Assembly: GCA_963766715.1 (NCBI GenBank)
Contig: CAVYBH010000007.1
Location: 68,566-132,565 of the forward strand
Direction: 5' to 3'
Length of the DNA stretch: 64,000 nt
Source of the DNA: an uncultured delta proteobacterium
Lineage (GTDB): Bacteria; Myxococcota; Myxococcia; Myxococcales; Anaeromyxobacteraceae
Position numbers and translations under genes: made by a program. Shown here in pieces: positions 1 to 10,010 of the stretch. Under the pieces are notes generated by a model. That model made no database searches and was not told the origin of the DNA. It saw only the letters and a program-made list of their open reading frames with translations. Each line of letters begins with the position of its first letter. Positions within the stretch are counted from its first letter, which is position 1.

Positions 1-16
1 GAAGCTGCTCTAGCGA

Positions 17-1525
17 CTACTCCGCGTCGGCGACCTGCTGCGGCGCCGGGACGAACCGCGACCAGAAGTCGCGCAGCCCCTCGATGGCGCTCATCAGCCC
101 CACGTAGGCGAAGCCGGCCTGGAAGAGGATCAGGAAGGGCAGCGAGTACCAGACGCCCCGGTCGATGACCCAGACCACCGCGAGCGTGAAGTAGGCCGCC
201 AGCGCGAGCTCGAGCAGCGGCTGGAGGCTCACCGCCACCCGGTACCGCTTCCTCGGCGCCGGCGACGACCCGGCTCCCTGGACGCCGCTCTTCGGGGTGC
301 GGGTGAAGACGGTCTGGTGGCCGAGCAGGGCCTCGACCACGGCGCGGGCCTGGTTCACCGACATGCCGATTCCGAGGGCCATGAGGTAGGGCAGGTACTT
401 CACCCGCTGCCAGGTGGTGGCCTGGATCTCCCGCTGGCTCGCCACGTAGAACACGAGGACGCTCATCGTGGCGGTGGCGAAGAACGGCAGGTCGAGGAGC
501 AGCACCTCGATCCAGCCGTGGCTCACCCGGACGACGACCGTGATCGGCATGAGCACGGCGAGCGGGATCATCAGGAGATAGGCGACGTTGGCGGTGAGGT
601 GGAAGAAGGCCTCCTTCTTCACCGCGTAGGGCAGGTCGCTCTCGAAGATCCGGGGGAGCAGCTTCATCGCCGTCTGGATCGAGCCCTTGGCCCACCGGTG
701 CTGCTGGCTCTTGAAGGCGCTCATCTCCACCGGGATCTCGGCCGGCGCCACCACCTCGGGCAGGAAGACGAACTTCCACCCCTTCAGCTGGGCCCGGTAC
801 GAGAGGTCGAGATCCTCGGTGAGCGTGTCGTGCTGCCAGCCGCCGGCGGCGGCGATGGTGGTGCGGCGCCAGATGCCCGCGGTGCCGTTGAAGTTGAAGA
901 AGCGGCCCGACCGGTTGCGGGCGGTGTGCTCGATGACGAAGTGGCCGTCGAGCAGGATGCTCTGCACCTCGGTGAGGGAGCTGAAGCCGCGGTTCAGGTG
1001 CTCCCAGCGGACCTGCACCATGCCCACGCCGTCGTCGGTGAAGTAGTTCACCGTGCGGCGGAGGAACTCCTTGGGAGGCACGAAATCGGCGTCGAAGACC
1101 GCGACGAACTCGCCGGTGGCGGTCTTGAGGCCATTCTCCAGCGCGCCGGCCTTGAACCCCTGCCGGTTGGTGCGGTGGATGTAGTGGATGTCGATTCCCT
1201 GCTCGCGCCAGCGCTCCACCGCGCGCCGGGCGATGAGGGTGGTCTCGTCGATCGAGTCGTCGAGGACCTGGATCTCGAGCAGGTCCCGCGGGTAGTCGAG
1301 CTCGCACACCGACGCGATCAGCCGCTCCACGACGTACATCTCGTTGAAGACCGGGAGCTGCACGGTGACGCGGGGCAGCTGCTCGAAGTGCCGCTGCGGC
1401 ACCGGCACGTTGTACTTGTGCCGGTAGTACAGGTACGCCATGAAGTACCGGTGCGACCCGTACACGGAGAGCACGAGCAGGACCAGCCCGTAGGCGACGA
1501 CGACCGCGATCTCGAGAGGACTCAT
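17..1525 (-). CDS. Processive GT2 glycosyltransferase (cellulose synthase/CslA-like), membrane-bound
   Basis: FDADF (DxD), LTEDLDL and QQHRW (QxxRW) motifs; N- and C-terminal TM helices; start placed at ATG 1525 (MSPLEIAV). Confidence 0.9.
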   Translation of the reverse strand: MSPLEIAVVVAYGLVLLVLSVYGSHRYFMAYLYYRHKYNVPVPQRHFEQLPRVTVQLPVFNEMYVVERLIASVCELDYPRDLLEIQVLDDSIDETTLIARRAVERWREQGIDIHYIHRTNRQGFKAGALENGLKTATGEFVAVFDADFVPPKEFLRRTVNYFTDDGVGMVQVRWEHLNRGFSSLTEVQSILLDGHFVIEHTARNRSGRFFNFNGTAGIWRRTTIAAAGGWQHDTLTEDLDLSYRAQLKGWKFVFLPEVVAPAEIPVEMSAFKSQQHRWAKGSIQTAMKLLPRIFESDLPYAVKKEAFFHLTANVAYLLMIPLAVLMPITVVVRVSHGWIEVLLLDLPFFATATMSVLVFYVASQREIQATTWQRVKYLPYLMALGIGMSVNQARAVVEALLGHQTVFTRTPKSGVQGAGSSPAPRKRYRVAVSLQPLLELALAAYFTLAVVWVIDRGVWYSLPFLILFQAGFAYVGLMSAIEGLRDFWSRFVPAPQQVADAE

Positions 1526-1621
1526 CGTTTTTCGGAGTAGGGAGCGCCGAGGGAGACGGCTGAGGCACGCCAAGAGGGAGGAAGGCGGACTCACCGCTCC
1601 CCTGGGCCCAAGACGGCGCGA

Positions 1622-1649
1622 AGTTTAACTTACTGCGTCACGAAGTCAA
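1622..1649 (-). promoter_or_regulatory. Candidate sigma70 promoter for the GT2 gene
   Basis: Minus strand TTGACT-N16-TAAACT in an AT-rich intergenic patch. Confidence 0.5.
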
Positions 1650-1666
1650 TCCGAAAGGTCCTCGCC

Positions 1667-2953
1667 TCACGGATTTGCGGCGGGAGCGCTCGACCGGAAC
1701 ACGCGGGCCGCCCGAAGCAGGTCGACGGCCCTGTCGAGCTGGGGATCGGGGCGCGGAGATGCCTGCCCCGATTGGGGGGTGACCGGCTGCTCGTTCACGA
1801 GGTGCCGCTTGAGATCCCTCTCGCCGGGCCCGTCCGCCTCGGCCATCGCGGGCGCGGGGGCCTCCCCCACCGCGACGTCCGGCGTGATCCCCCGCTCCTG
1901 GATCGAGCGGTGGTTCGGCGTGTAGTACTTCGCCACGGTGAGCTTGAGGGCCGACCCGTCCTCGAGCTCCACCACCGTCTGCACCGATCCCTTGCCGAAC
2001 GTCTGCGACCCGACGATCACGGCCCTCCCGTGGTCCTGGAGCGCCCCGGCCACGATCTCGCTGGCGCTGGCGCTGCCCCGGTTGACGAGCAGGACGATGG
2101 GGTAGGCCGGCTCGGTGTCCTTCTCGTGGGCCTCCTCCACCTCCGGCTTCTTGCCGCGGCTCTCCGTGCTCACGATCACCCCCTTCGACAGGAACCGGTC
2201 GGCGATCTTCACGGCCTGATCGAGGAGCCCACCCGGGTTGTTGCGCAGGTCGAGCACGAGCCCCTGGATCGGGCCGCCGAGCTGCTTCCTGGCGTCGTCG
2301 AGCGCCTGGCGGAGCTCCCGGTCGGAGCGGTCCTGGAAGACCCGGATCCGCACGTAGACCGTGCCGGCCGCCTTGTCGAGGACGCGCCAGTCGACGCTGG
2401 TGGTCCGGACGTGATCCCGCACGAGGGTGAACGACCTCGGCTCGCGCAGGGACGGCCTCGTCACCGTCACGACCACCTGGGTCCCGGCCGCACCCTTCAT
2501 CCGGCGGGTGGCCTCTCCGACGGGGATGTCCTTCGTGGCCGTCCCGTCGATGGCCACGATCCGGTCGCCGGCCAGGATCCCGGCCCGCTCCGCCGGGGAG
2601 TCGGCGATCGGCGCGACCACGATCAGGTCGTCGCCGTTCTGGGTCACCTCGAGGCCGACTCCGTCGAACTCGCCCGCGGTCTCGTCCCGCATGGCCCGGT
2701 ACACCTCGGGGCGCAGGATCATGGAGTGGGGATCGAGCCGCTGGACCATCCCCTCGACGGCGGACTGGACGAGCTCCTTCTCGCTCAGATCCTCGACGTA
2801 GCTGTTCCGGATGTAGGCCAGCACCTCCGCGAACACGTCGAGCGAGCGGTACGGCTGGCTGGTGTCCTGGCGGGGCGAGGCCGACGCGGGGCCGGCGCAC
2901 AGGAGGGCGAGGAGGAGGACGGGCAGGGCGCCGGGAAGGGAGCTTCGGTGCAT
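1667..2953 (-). CDS. Carboxy-terminal processing protease, S41 family (PDZ + peptidase)
   Basis: Signal peptide, LDPHS, DLRNNPGGLL, SASASEIVAGALQD, TFGKGSVQ motifs. Confidence 0.93.
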   Translation of the reverse strand: MHRSSLPGALPVLLLALLCAGPASASPRQDTSQPYRSLDVFAEVLAYIRNSYVEDLSEKELVQSAVEGMVQRLDPHSMILRPEVYRAMRDETAGEFDGVGLEVTQNGDDLIVVAPIADSPAERAGILAGDRIVAIDGTATKDIPVGEATRRMKGAAGTQVVVTVTRPSLREPRSFTLVRDHVRTTSVDWRVLDKAAGTVYVRIRVFQDRSDRELRQALDDARKQLGGPIQGLVLDLRNNPGGLLDQAVKIADRFLSKGVIVSTESRGKKPEVEEAHEKDTEPAYPIVLLVNRGSASASEIVAGALQDHGRAVIVGSQTFGKGSVQTVVELEDGSALKLTVAKYYTPNHRSIQERGITPDVAVGEAPAPAMAEADGPGERDLKRHLVNEQPVTPQSGQASPRPDPQLDRAVDLLRAARVFRSSAPAANP

Positions 2954-3002
2954 GGAGCCATCATAGCGGCACCGTCCGCGCCGGGCCCGGAGCGGCCCGC
3001 GG

Positions 3003-4106
3003 TCACGGGACCAGCCAGGCCCTGGGGTCGGTCGGCTTCCCGTTCTCGCGGATCTCGAAGTACAGGTAGGAGCCCTTCAGCGAGCCGGTGTCTCCCACGG
3101 TCCCGAGGGGCGCGCCGGCATCCACCTCCTCGCCCGCCGCCGCGGTCATGGTCGCGAGGTGGGCCACGAGCGTGTGGAACCCCTCCCCGTGGTCCACGAT
3201 GATCAGGTTTCCGTACCCCTTGAACCAGCCCGCGTGCACCACCCGGCCCGGCGCCACCGCCAGGACCTCCTCGCCTCGCTGGGCGGTGATGTCGACGCCC
3301 TTCTGCACCGTCACGGTCCGGAACTTCGGGTCCACGACCCGGCCGAACCCGACCTCGATGCGGCTGCCGGCGGGCCGGGGCAGGCGACCCCGCAGCGAGC
3401 CGAAGCCCGTGTACGGCGCCGAGCCGGAGCGGGGAGGCGGCAACGCCTCGATGAACTCGGCCAGCTTGCGGCTCTGCGCCTCCGCCTCCGACGCCGCCCG
3501 CTCGTGGACCTGGCGCTCCCCGCGGACCGCGGACAGCGTGGCCCGGAACTGGTCGCGGCGGGCGCTGGCCTCGGCCCGGCGCTCCCGGGCCTCCGCGGCG
3601 AGCGCCTCCTGGCGCGCCGTCTCGCCTCGCCGGACCGCGGTCAGCCGCTCCTGCTCCGCGAGCACGTCCCGGGCCTCGCGCAGGTTCGCCGCGTCGGACT
3701 CCAGGACCTTTCCCAGCAGGGCTCGCCGCTTCACCAGATCCGCCAGCGTGGGCGCGGACGCGAGCAGGCGAAGCTCTCCCACCTTGCCCGAGAGCTGGAG
3801 CGCGGCCAGCCGGGGGCGCAGGCGGGCCAGGATCTCCCGGTGCCGGGCCTCGGCGGCCGCCTCCTCCTGGAGTGCGCGGTCGAGGCGCTCGGCCGAGCGG
3901 CTCCGCTCCCCGTCGGCGGCCCGGGCCTGTGCCTCCGCGTCCCGCCAGGCCCGCTCCGCCGACTCCAGCGTGTCGAGCACCGACTGCTCGCGGTTCGCGA
4001 GCTCGCGCGCCGCCTCCCGCTCGGCGGCCCTCCGCGCCTCCAGCACTTCCAGCCTCGCCCGGGGATCGGCGGCGAGCAGGAGCGCGAGCAGCGCCGCCGC
4101 AGTCAC
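3003..4106 (-). CDS. envC: Murein hydrolase activator EnvC-like (coiled coil + M23 domain)
   Basis: Coiled coil then GYGNLIIVDHG and LYFEIR (degenerate M23); GTG start overlaps the ftsX stop; lies downstream of ftsEX. Confidence 0.85.
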   Translation of the reverse strand: MTAAALLALLLAADPRARLEVLEARRAAEREAARELANREQSVLDTLESAERAWRDAEAQARAADGERSRSAERLDRALQEEAAAEARHREILARLRPRLAALQLSGKVGELRLLASAPTLADLVKRRALLGKVLESDAANLREARDVLAEQERLTAVRRGETARQEALAAEARERRAEASARRDQFRATLSAVRGERQVHERAASEAEAQSRKLAEFIEALPPPRSGSAPYTGFGSLRGRLPRPAGSRIEVGFGRVVDPKFRTVTVQKGVDITAQRGEEVLAVAPGRVVHAGWFKGYGNLIIVDHGEGFHTLVAHLATMTAAAGEEVDAGAPLGTVGDTGSLKGSYLYFEIRENGKPTDPRAWLVP

Positions 4107-4990
4107 CCGGCGGTCCTCCCGAGGAAGCGGCGCAGGGAGAGCGCGCTCGCCAGCAGGCCGAGCGCCGTGCCGCCGAGGAGCAGGGCGCCGAGCAGGGAGC
4201 CGGGCAGCAGGTCGGCGCGGGTGACCTTCGCGGCGATGGGGAGCGCCTCGCGCAGCCGCGGGAGCAGCGCCCAGGCCGCGCCCGCCAGCGCCCCCACCGC
4301 CAGGCCGGCGCCGGCGAACCCCTGCAGCACCCCCTCGAGGAGGATGGGCGCCCCGACGTATCCGTCGGTCGCGCCGACCAGCTTCATGATCTCGATCTCG
4401 TCGCGGCGCGCATACACCGCGAGGCGCAGCGTGTTCGACACGAGGATCGCCGTGGCCAGCACGAGCAGCGCGAGCAGCGCGAGCCCGATCACCCTCCCCT
4501 GCGCGAGCAATCCCTCCAGCCGGGCGAGCCACGCCGCCCCGTCGTCCACCTCGGCCGCGCCCGGGACGTCGCGGAGCCTGGCGCCGAGCGCCCGGGCCCC
4601 GGAGGGCGAGAGCCCCTTCACGTGGACCTCCACCGACGCGGGCAGCACGTCGTCCCCCAGCCCGTCGAGGACGCGCCCCTGGTCGCCGAGCGAGGCCCTC
4701 AGCCGCCGCATCGCCTCCGCCGACGTCACGAGCTCGATCCAGGAACCGGGAGCGAGCCGCTCCGCGGCCGCGCGGGCCGCCGCCGGATCGGCGCCGGGGG
4801 CCAGGTAGACCGACACCGGGACCTCGCCGGCCCATGCGGCGAGGAGGCGCTCGCCCGCCCCCATCGTGGCCGCGAAGGCGCCCGTGAGGAGGACCGCGAC
4901 GAAGAGGGTTCCCACCGCCACGGCGGTGACGAACGGGGCGCGGAGGAGCGCGTCGAGGGCGCGGCGCAGCGTGTGGAGGAGGGCGTGCAT
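4103..4990 (-). CDS. ftsX: Cell division permease FtsX
   Basis: ARRDEIEIMKLVGAT motif, 4 TM layout, adjacent to ftsE. Confidence 0.92.
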   Translation of the reverse strand: MHALLHTLRRALDALLRAPFVTAVAVGTLFVAVLLTGAFAATMGAGERLLAAWAGEVPVSVYLAPGADPAAARAAAERLAPGSWIELVTSAEAMRRLRASLGDQGRVLDGLGDDVLPASVEVHVKGLSPSGARALGARLRDVPGAAEVDDGAAWLARLEGLLAQGRVIGLALLALLVLATAILVSNTLRLAVYARRDEIEIMKLVGATDGYVGAPILLEGVLQGFAGAGLAVGALAGAAWALLPRLREALPIAAKVTRADLLPGSLLGALLLGGTALGLLASALSLRRFLGRTAG

Positions 4991-4992
4991 GG

Positions 4993-5676
4993 CTAGCTGG
5001 CGGAGCGGCGGACCTGCGCGCCGTCGGAGACGAGCCGCCCGCCCTCGAGGGCCACGATCCGCTTCTTGTGCCGGGCGAGCAGCGCCTGATCGTGGGTGGC
5101 CACGACCACCGTCGTCCCGCGGGCGTTGGCCCCCTCGAGGAGCTGCATCACCTCCGCGGTCCGCTCGGCGTCGAGGTTGCCGGTGGGCTCGTCGGCGAGG
5201 AGGAGCGCGGGATCGCCCACCAGCGCCCGGGCCACGGCGGCCCGCTGCTGCTCCCCGCCCGAGAGGGACAGGGGGAAGCGATTGGCCCGGTGCTCGAGCC
5301 CGACGCCGCGAAGGGCCAGCGTCACGCGCCGCTCCACCTCGCGCGGCCGCACCCCGCGCACCTCCAGCGGGAAGGCCACGTTCTCGGCCAGCGTGCGCCG
5401 CTCGAGCAGCTTGAAGTCCTGGAAGATGACGCCGATGCTCCGCCGGATGTAGGGGACCGACGAGGCGCGGACCCGCGCGACGTTGCGCCCGAAGACCAGG
5501 ATCTGCCCGCTGGTCGGCGGCTCGGCGCAGAAGACCAGCTTGAGCAGCGTGGACTTGCCGGCGCCCGAGGGACCGGTGAGGAAGACGAACTCCCCCTTCC
5601 CGATCTCCAGGCTCACGTCGACGAGCGCCGGGGCCTCGGCGCCGTACTGCTTCTGGACGTGGAACAGCTGGATCAC
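4993..5676 (-). CDS. ftsE: Cell division ATP-binding protein FtsE
   Basis: GPSGAGKST, LSGGEQQR, LLADEPTGNLD, IGVIFQDFKLL. Confidence 0.95.
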   Translation of the reverse strand: MIQLFHVQKQYGAEAPALVDVSLEIGKGEFVFLTGPSGAGKSTLLKLVFCAEPPTSGQILVFGRNVARVRASSVPYIRRSIGVIFQDFKLLERRTLAENVAFPLEVRGVRPREVERRVTLALRGVGLEHRANRFPLSLSGGEQQRAAVARALVGDPALLLADEPTGNLDAERTAEVMQLLEGANARGTTVVVATHDQALLARHKKRIVALEGGRLVSDGAQVRRSAS

Positions 5677-5692
5677 CGGGCTCCCATCCCCC

Positions 5693-6178
5693 TCAGCGCT
5701 TCCGGCCGCCCTCTTCGCCGGCCAGGTAGGCGAGGATCACCTCGTCGAGCGACCGCTCGGAGATCAGGTCCTCGCCGAAGATCGTGTCGGCCGAATCGGC
5801 CGGGACCTCGACGGCGGGGGGCGGAGATGGCCGCGCCGGGGAGGCCGGAGCCGCCGCGGCGGCCGGGGACGTGCCGAAGGCCCGCACCGGACCGGCCGGG
5901 GGCGCGGCCTGGTCGTACACCCCGTGAACCAGGTTGCGCAGGACCTCCTTGTGCTGCTCCTCCATGAGCGCCCGGACCACGTCGGGCAGGTTCTCGGCGC
6001 CCGTGATGTCGGCGTAGCTGGTCCGCTTGCTGGCGATGATGTTGCCGCCGAGGAAGAGGTGCGTGACCACCTGCGGGCGGTCCGAGCCCGAGTCCTCGGT
6101 CTGGGCGTGGTAGGTCTTGCCGCGGTACTTGATGTTGTGGTTGAAGCCGACCACCATCGTCTTCGGCCCCGGCGGCAT
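5693..6178 (-). CDS. romY: Conserved myxobacterial protein, probably the polarity factor RomY
   Basis: N-terminal GFNHNIKYRGKTYHAQTEDSG domain, Pro/Ala linker, C-terminal SLDEVILAYL motif; upstream of ftsE as recalled for M. xanthus. Confidence 0.65.
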   Translation of the reverse strand: MPPGPKTMVVGFNHNIKYRGKTYHAQTEDSGSDRPQVVTHLFLGGNIIASKRTSYADITGAENLPDVVRALMEEQHKEVLRNLVHGVYDQAAPPAGPVRAFGTSPAAAAAPASPARPSPPPAVEVPADSADTIFGEDLISERSLDEVILAYLAGEEGGRKR

Positions 6179-6222
6179 CCGGCGAATGTACCACAGCGCC
6201 CCTGCCAGCCCGGGGACGGCGA

Positions 6223-7005
6223 TCAGACGTCGACGTGCCGCGCCGACGCCACCGGCCGGCCCAGGAAGCGCGGCGCCACGGCGAGGAACCGGTCGGGCGT
6301 GTCGGTCACGAAGAAGGCGTGGGACGCCGTCCCGGTCCGCACCGCGGCGGGGAAGCGCCCGGCCACCTCGGCGGCCACGGCGGCCGCGCTGTCGACGAGG
6401 GTCACCCCCGGCAGCTCGGCGGCGATGGCGGCGGCGAGCAGCGGGTAGTGGGTGCACCCCAGGACCACGGTGTCCACGCCCGCCTCACGGACCGGCGCGA
6501 GGTAGCGCCTCGCCACGAGCCGGACCACCTCGTCGTCGGCGGAGGTCCACCCCTCCTCGGCGAGCGGCACGAAGAGGGGGCACGCCCGGGCGGTCACCAC
6601 CACGCCGGGGATCAGCTCGGCGAGCGACCGCTGGTAGGCTCCGCTGGCCACGGTGCTCTGGGTCCCGAGGACGCCGACCCGGCCGGTGCGGGTGGCGCGA
6701 GCCGCGGCCCGGGCGCCCGGCTCCACCACGCCCAGGACGGGGAGGTCGAAGGCGGCCCGGAGCGCCGGCAGCGCCACGGCGGAGGCGGTGTTGCAGGCGA
6801 CGACCAGCATCTCCACGCCCTGCTCGACCAGCAGTCGGGCGTTGCGGATGGAGTACTGGGTGACGACGTCCGGCGACTTGGTGCCGTAGGGCACCCGCGC
6901 CGTGTCGCCGAGGTAGACGGTGTCGAGCCCGGGCAGCGCCTCGAGGATGGCGCGCTGGACGGTGAGACCGCCCACCCCGGAGTCGAAGATCCCGATGCGA
7001 GGCAC
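6223..7005 (-). CDS. murI: Glutamate racemase
   Basis: IFDSGVGGLTV, VACNTAS, LGCTHYP catalytic motifs. Confidence 0.96.
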   Translation of the reverse strand: MPRIGIFDSGVGGLTVQRAILEALPGLDTVYLGDTARVPYGTKSPDVVTQYSIRNARLLVEQGVEMLVVACNTASAVALPALRAAFDLPVLGVVEPGARAAARATRTGRVGVLGTQSTVASGAYQRSLAELIPGVVVTARACPLFVPLAEEGWTSADDEVVRLVARRYLAPVREAGVDTVVLGCTHYPLLAAAIAAELPGVTLVDSAAAVAAEVAGRFPAAVRTGTASHAFFVTDTPDRFLAVAPRFLGRPVASARHVDV

Positions 7006-7014
7006 CGGCGGATA

Positions 7015-7833
7015 CTACTCCAGGCCGCCGCTCACAGGGGGGGCGGAGGATTGTTGCAGGCGCCGAGATCGAGGCTCAGCGTGAAGAGGTCCTCTCCCCC
7101 GGCGAAGTGCGGCGAACCCGTTGGGCTGCGCGTAGCCGCACCTCGACCAGTGGATGTCGGGCGGGTTCACGCGGTTGTCGATGGCGTCCATCCAGAGGAA
7201 GAGCGTGTCCCGGTCGACGAGGCCGAAGGAGATGCCCGGCGTGGCGCTCGGTCCGCACGGCACCGGGTTCCTCCAGATCAGCGTCCCCAGGCCGTCCTCG
7301 ATCCATCCCTGGAACTGGTCGATCCCGGCCAGGCCGCAGGTGGGATACCCGGCGGGGCCGCTCGCCGCGTCCGCCAGGGTCGCGTAGACGGTCAGGGCGT
7401 CGGGGATCCCCGAGGCAAAGGCCGTCCCGAAGGTGGGCACGCCGGTCACGACCGACACGGTGACCTGCCCCTGGTAGAGCGGCAGCGCCCGCCCGTTTCG
7501 CCAGCCCGTCACGACGTAGGTGTTGTTTCCCGGGAAGCCGGCGAGCAGGACGCCCTGCACGGACTGGTTCACGCACGGCACGTTGGGGGCGAGGACGACG
7601 CCGTTCCGGTCGGTGACGCTCACGAAGTCCACGCCCGACTGCGGGCAGAAGCGGCTCCCCGTGCCGACGGGCCAGTTCACGTCGACGTCGTAGGGGACGA
7701 AGCCGTCCACCCCGTCGATGAAGGTGTTGCGCTCGAACTCCCAGTAGACGGTCACCTCGGTCAGCGGCTGCGAGGTGGGCGCACATCCGGCTGCGACGAG
7801 GGCGGCGATGGCGACGGCGGCGAAGCGGTGCAT
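7015..7833 (-). CDS. Hypothetical Cys-containing lipoprotein (C-terminus possibly frameshifted)
   Basis: Lipobox-like VAAGC signal, GGAGG RBS, beta-rich sequence. Confidence 0.7.
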   Translation of the reverse strand: MHRFAAVAIAALVAAGCAPTSQPLTEVTVYWEFERNTFIDGVDGFVPYDVDVNWPVGTGSRFCPQSGVDFVSVTDRNGVVLAPNVPCVNQSVQGVLLAGFPGNNTYVVTGWRNGRALPLYQGQVTVSVVTGVPTFGTAFASGIPDALTVYATLADAASGPAGYPTCGLAGIDQFQGWIEDGLGTLIWRNPVPCGPSATPGISFGLVDRDTLFLWMDAIDNRVNPPDIHWSRCGYAQPNGFAALRRGRGPLHAEPRSRRLQQSSAPPVSGGLE

Positions 7834-8028
7834 GGAGTTCCTCCCGGAACAGAGGGACGGTGGCCCTCCGCCATTCTATTCACCCTTCCCGGGAAGGCAC
7901 GGATCTGGTCGCCGCTCTCCGTCCTTTTCGGAGGGAATTCCTGGCGCTCCGCGGGGTTGCTCCTCCGTGACGCCCCCCCGGAGTCGTGCTACGTACCTCA
8001 CACCTCCCCACCTCTTCCGGAGTCCGCC

Positions 8029-8766
8029 CTGCCCGCATCCCTGACCTCGATCCTCCTCGACCTCCTGCCCTCCGCTCCTCGCGGCGGGGACATCGACTAC
8101 CTCGAGATCGTCGTCAACTCCGGGCTCGTGGTGGGCGGCGTCCTGGCGCTCCTGCTCGCCGCCTCCGTGGTCTCCTGGGCCATCATCATCAAGAAGTGGA
8201 TGGCCCTGCGGAAGGCCCAGGCGGAGTCCGCGAAGTTCCTCGAGGTCTTCTGGCAGTCGAAGCGGCTCGACGCCATCTACCAGGCGGCCGAGGGGCTCCC
8301 GGCCAGCCCCATCGCGGCGGTGTTCCGCGCCGGCTACGTGGAGCTCTCCAAGGTGACCGCCCAGAAGAAGGGGCCGGAAGGCGCCATGGCCGAGCAGCTC
8401 GGCGGCATCGAGAACGTGGAGCGGGCGCTCAAGCGCGCCGCCGTCGCCGAGGTGACCCAGCTCGAGTCGATGGTGCCCTTCCTCGGGACCACCGCCAGCG
8501 CCGCCCCCTTCGTCGGCCTGTTCGGCACGGTGTGGGGGATCATGCGGGCCTTCCACGACATCTACCAGATGGGAAACGCCAACCTCGCCACGGTGGCGAA
8601 GCCCATCTCGGAGGCCCTCATCGCCACGGCGGTCGGCCTCTTCGCGGCCATCCCGGCGGTGGTCTTCTACAACCTGTTCGTCTCCCGCATCCGGGTGCTG
8701 GACAGCGAGATGACCAACTTCTCGAACGACTTCCTCAACATCGTGAAGCGCCACTTCTTCAGCTAG
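8029..8766 (+). CDS. tolQ: TolQ (MotA/TolQ/ExbB family)
   Basis: FLGTTASAAPFVGLFGTVWGIM and ISEALIATAVGLFAAIPA; start uncertain (CTG 8029 after GGAG). Confidence 0.9.
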   Translation: MPASLTSILLDLLPSAPRGGDIDYLEIVVNSGLVVGGVLALLLAASVVSWAIIIKKWMALRKAQAESAKFLEVFWQSKRLDAIYQAAEGLPASPIAAVFRAGYVELSKVTAQKKGPEGAMAEQLGGIENVERALKRAAVAEVTQLESMVPFLGTTASAAPFVGLFGTVWGIMRAFHDIYQMGNANLATVAKPISEALIATAVGLFAAIPAVVFYNLFVSRIRVLDSEMTNFSNDFLNIVKRHFFS

Positions 8767-8775
8767 GGGAGCCTC

Positions 8776-9222
8776 GTGGCCATCGGGACGAGCGGCTCCG
8801 GCCGGCAGACCCTCACCGAGATCAACGTCACGCCGCTCGTCGACGTGATGCTCGTGCTCCTCATCATCTTCATGGTCACCGCCCCCCTCATCCAGCAGGG
8901 GGTCGAGGTCGCGCTCCCCGAGGTCAAGGCCCAGGCGGTGAAGGCCGAGGACCAGAAGCTGGTCCTGTCCATCAAGGCCGACAAGAGCCTGTGGCTGGGC
9001 ACCGACGACAAGCCGGCCCGCCTCACGCTCCAGGAGCTGGAGGAGAAGCTCAAGGCCAACGCGCGGGTGGCGCGGGACCGGGAGCTGTACCTCATGGCCG
9101 ACCGGGCGCTTCCGTACGGGTTCGTCGTCGAGGTCATGGCCGCGGTGCAGCGCGCCGGCGTGACCAACCTCGGCATGATCACGAACCCCGTTCCGGAGCG
9201 CCCGGAGGGAGGGAAGAAGTAG
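8776..9222 (+). CDS. tolR: TolR (ExbD/TolR family)
   Basis: EINVTPLVDVMLVLLIIFMVTAP. Confidence 0.93.
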   Translation: MAIGTSGSGRQTLTEINVTPLVDVMLVLLIIFMVTAPLIQQGVEVALPEVKAQAVKAEDQKLVLSIKADKSLWLGTDDKPARLTLQELEEKLKANARVARDRELYLMADRALPYGFVVEVMAAVQRAGVTNLGMITNPVPERPEGGKK

Positions 9223-9987
9223 ATGGACGGCGCGAGCGCGATCCTGCGCCGCCCCGACCGGCTCTGGCCGCTCGTCGTCCTGTCGCTCGTCCTGCACGCC
9301 GTCGCGGTCGGGACCACGCTCCTCGTCCGCCCGCCGGCCATCGTGAACCTGGACCAGAAGCCCATCGTGGCGAAGCTGGTGCGGCTGGGCGAGAAGCGGC
9401 CCGAGCAGTGGCTCCCGCGCCGCGACGTTCCCCCGCCCGAGGCCGCCCCGGCGGCCCCCGACGCGGTCCCGGTTCCCGCACCCGCACCCGCCGCGCCGGC
9501 GCAGAAGGCGGTCGCCCTGCCCTCGCCGAAGGTCGCGCCCAAGCCGTCCCCGCCCCGGCCCGCCTCGGCCACGACCGGCGGCAAGGGCACCGATGCGCTC
9601 TCGCGCGCCATGGACCGGGTGCGCAAGGACGACAAGCTGGCCTCGAAGGAGCGCTGGGGCGACCCGTCCGGCGTGCCGCAGGGGGACGCCACCGACGCCT
9701 CCGAGGGCGACGTGTACCTCGGCCTCGTCACCCAGGCGCTGCAGTCCTCCTACCGTCTCCCCGCCACCCTCTCCGAGCAGGAGCGGCTCTACCTCCACGC
9801 CACCGTGGTGCTCACCATCGAGCCCGACGGACGGGTCTCCAGCTTCCGCTTCGAGAAGCGGAGCGGCAACGCCGCCTTCGACCAGGCGCTCGAGCACGCG
9901 GTCCGGGAGTCCCGCCTCCCGCCGCCGCCGCCCGAGCTCCGGCAGCGCTACCGGACCATCGGACTCGGCGTGAACTTCAAGGTGTGA
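9223..9987 (+). CDS. TolA/TonB-family energy transducer
   Basis: N-terminal TM with SxxxH, Pro-rich linker, C-terminal SGNAAFDQA TonB_C-like domain. Confidence 0.85.
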   Translation: MDGASAILRRPDRLWPLVVLSLVLHAVAVGTTLLVRPPAIVNLDQKPIVAKLVRLGEKRPEQWLPRRDVPPPEAAPAAPDAVPVPAPAPAAPAQKAVALPSPKVAPKPSPPRPASATTGGKGTDALSRAMDRVRKDDKLASKERWGDPSGVPQGDATDASEGDVYLGLVTQALQSSYRLPATLSEQERLYLHATVVLTIEPDGRVSSFRFEKRSGNAAFDQALEHAVRESRLPPPPPELRQRYRTIGLGVNFKV

Positions 9988-10010
9988 GGCCCCGCCTCCC
10001 GGAACCCTCC

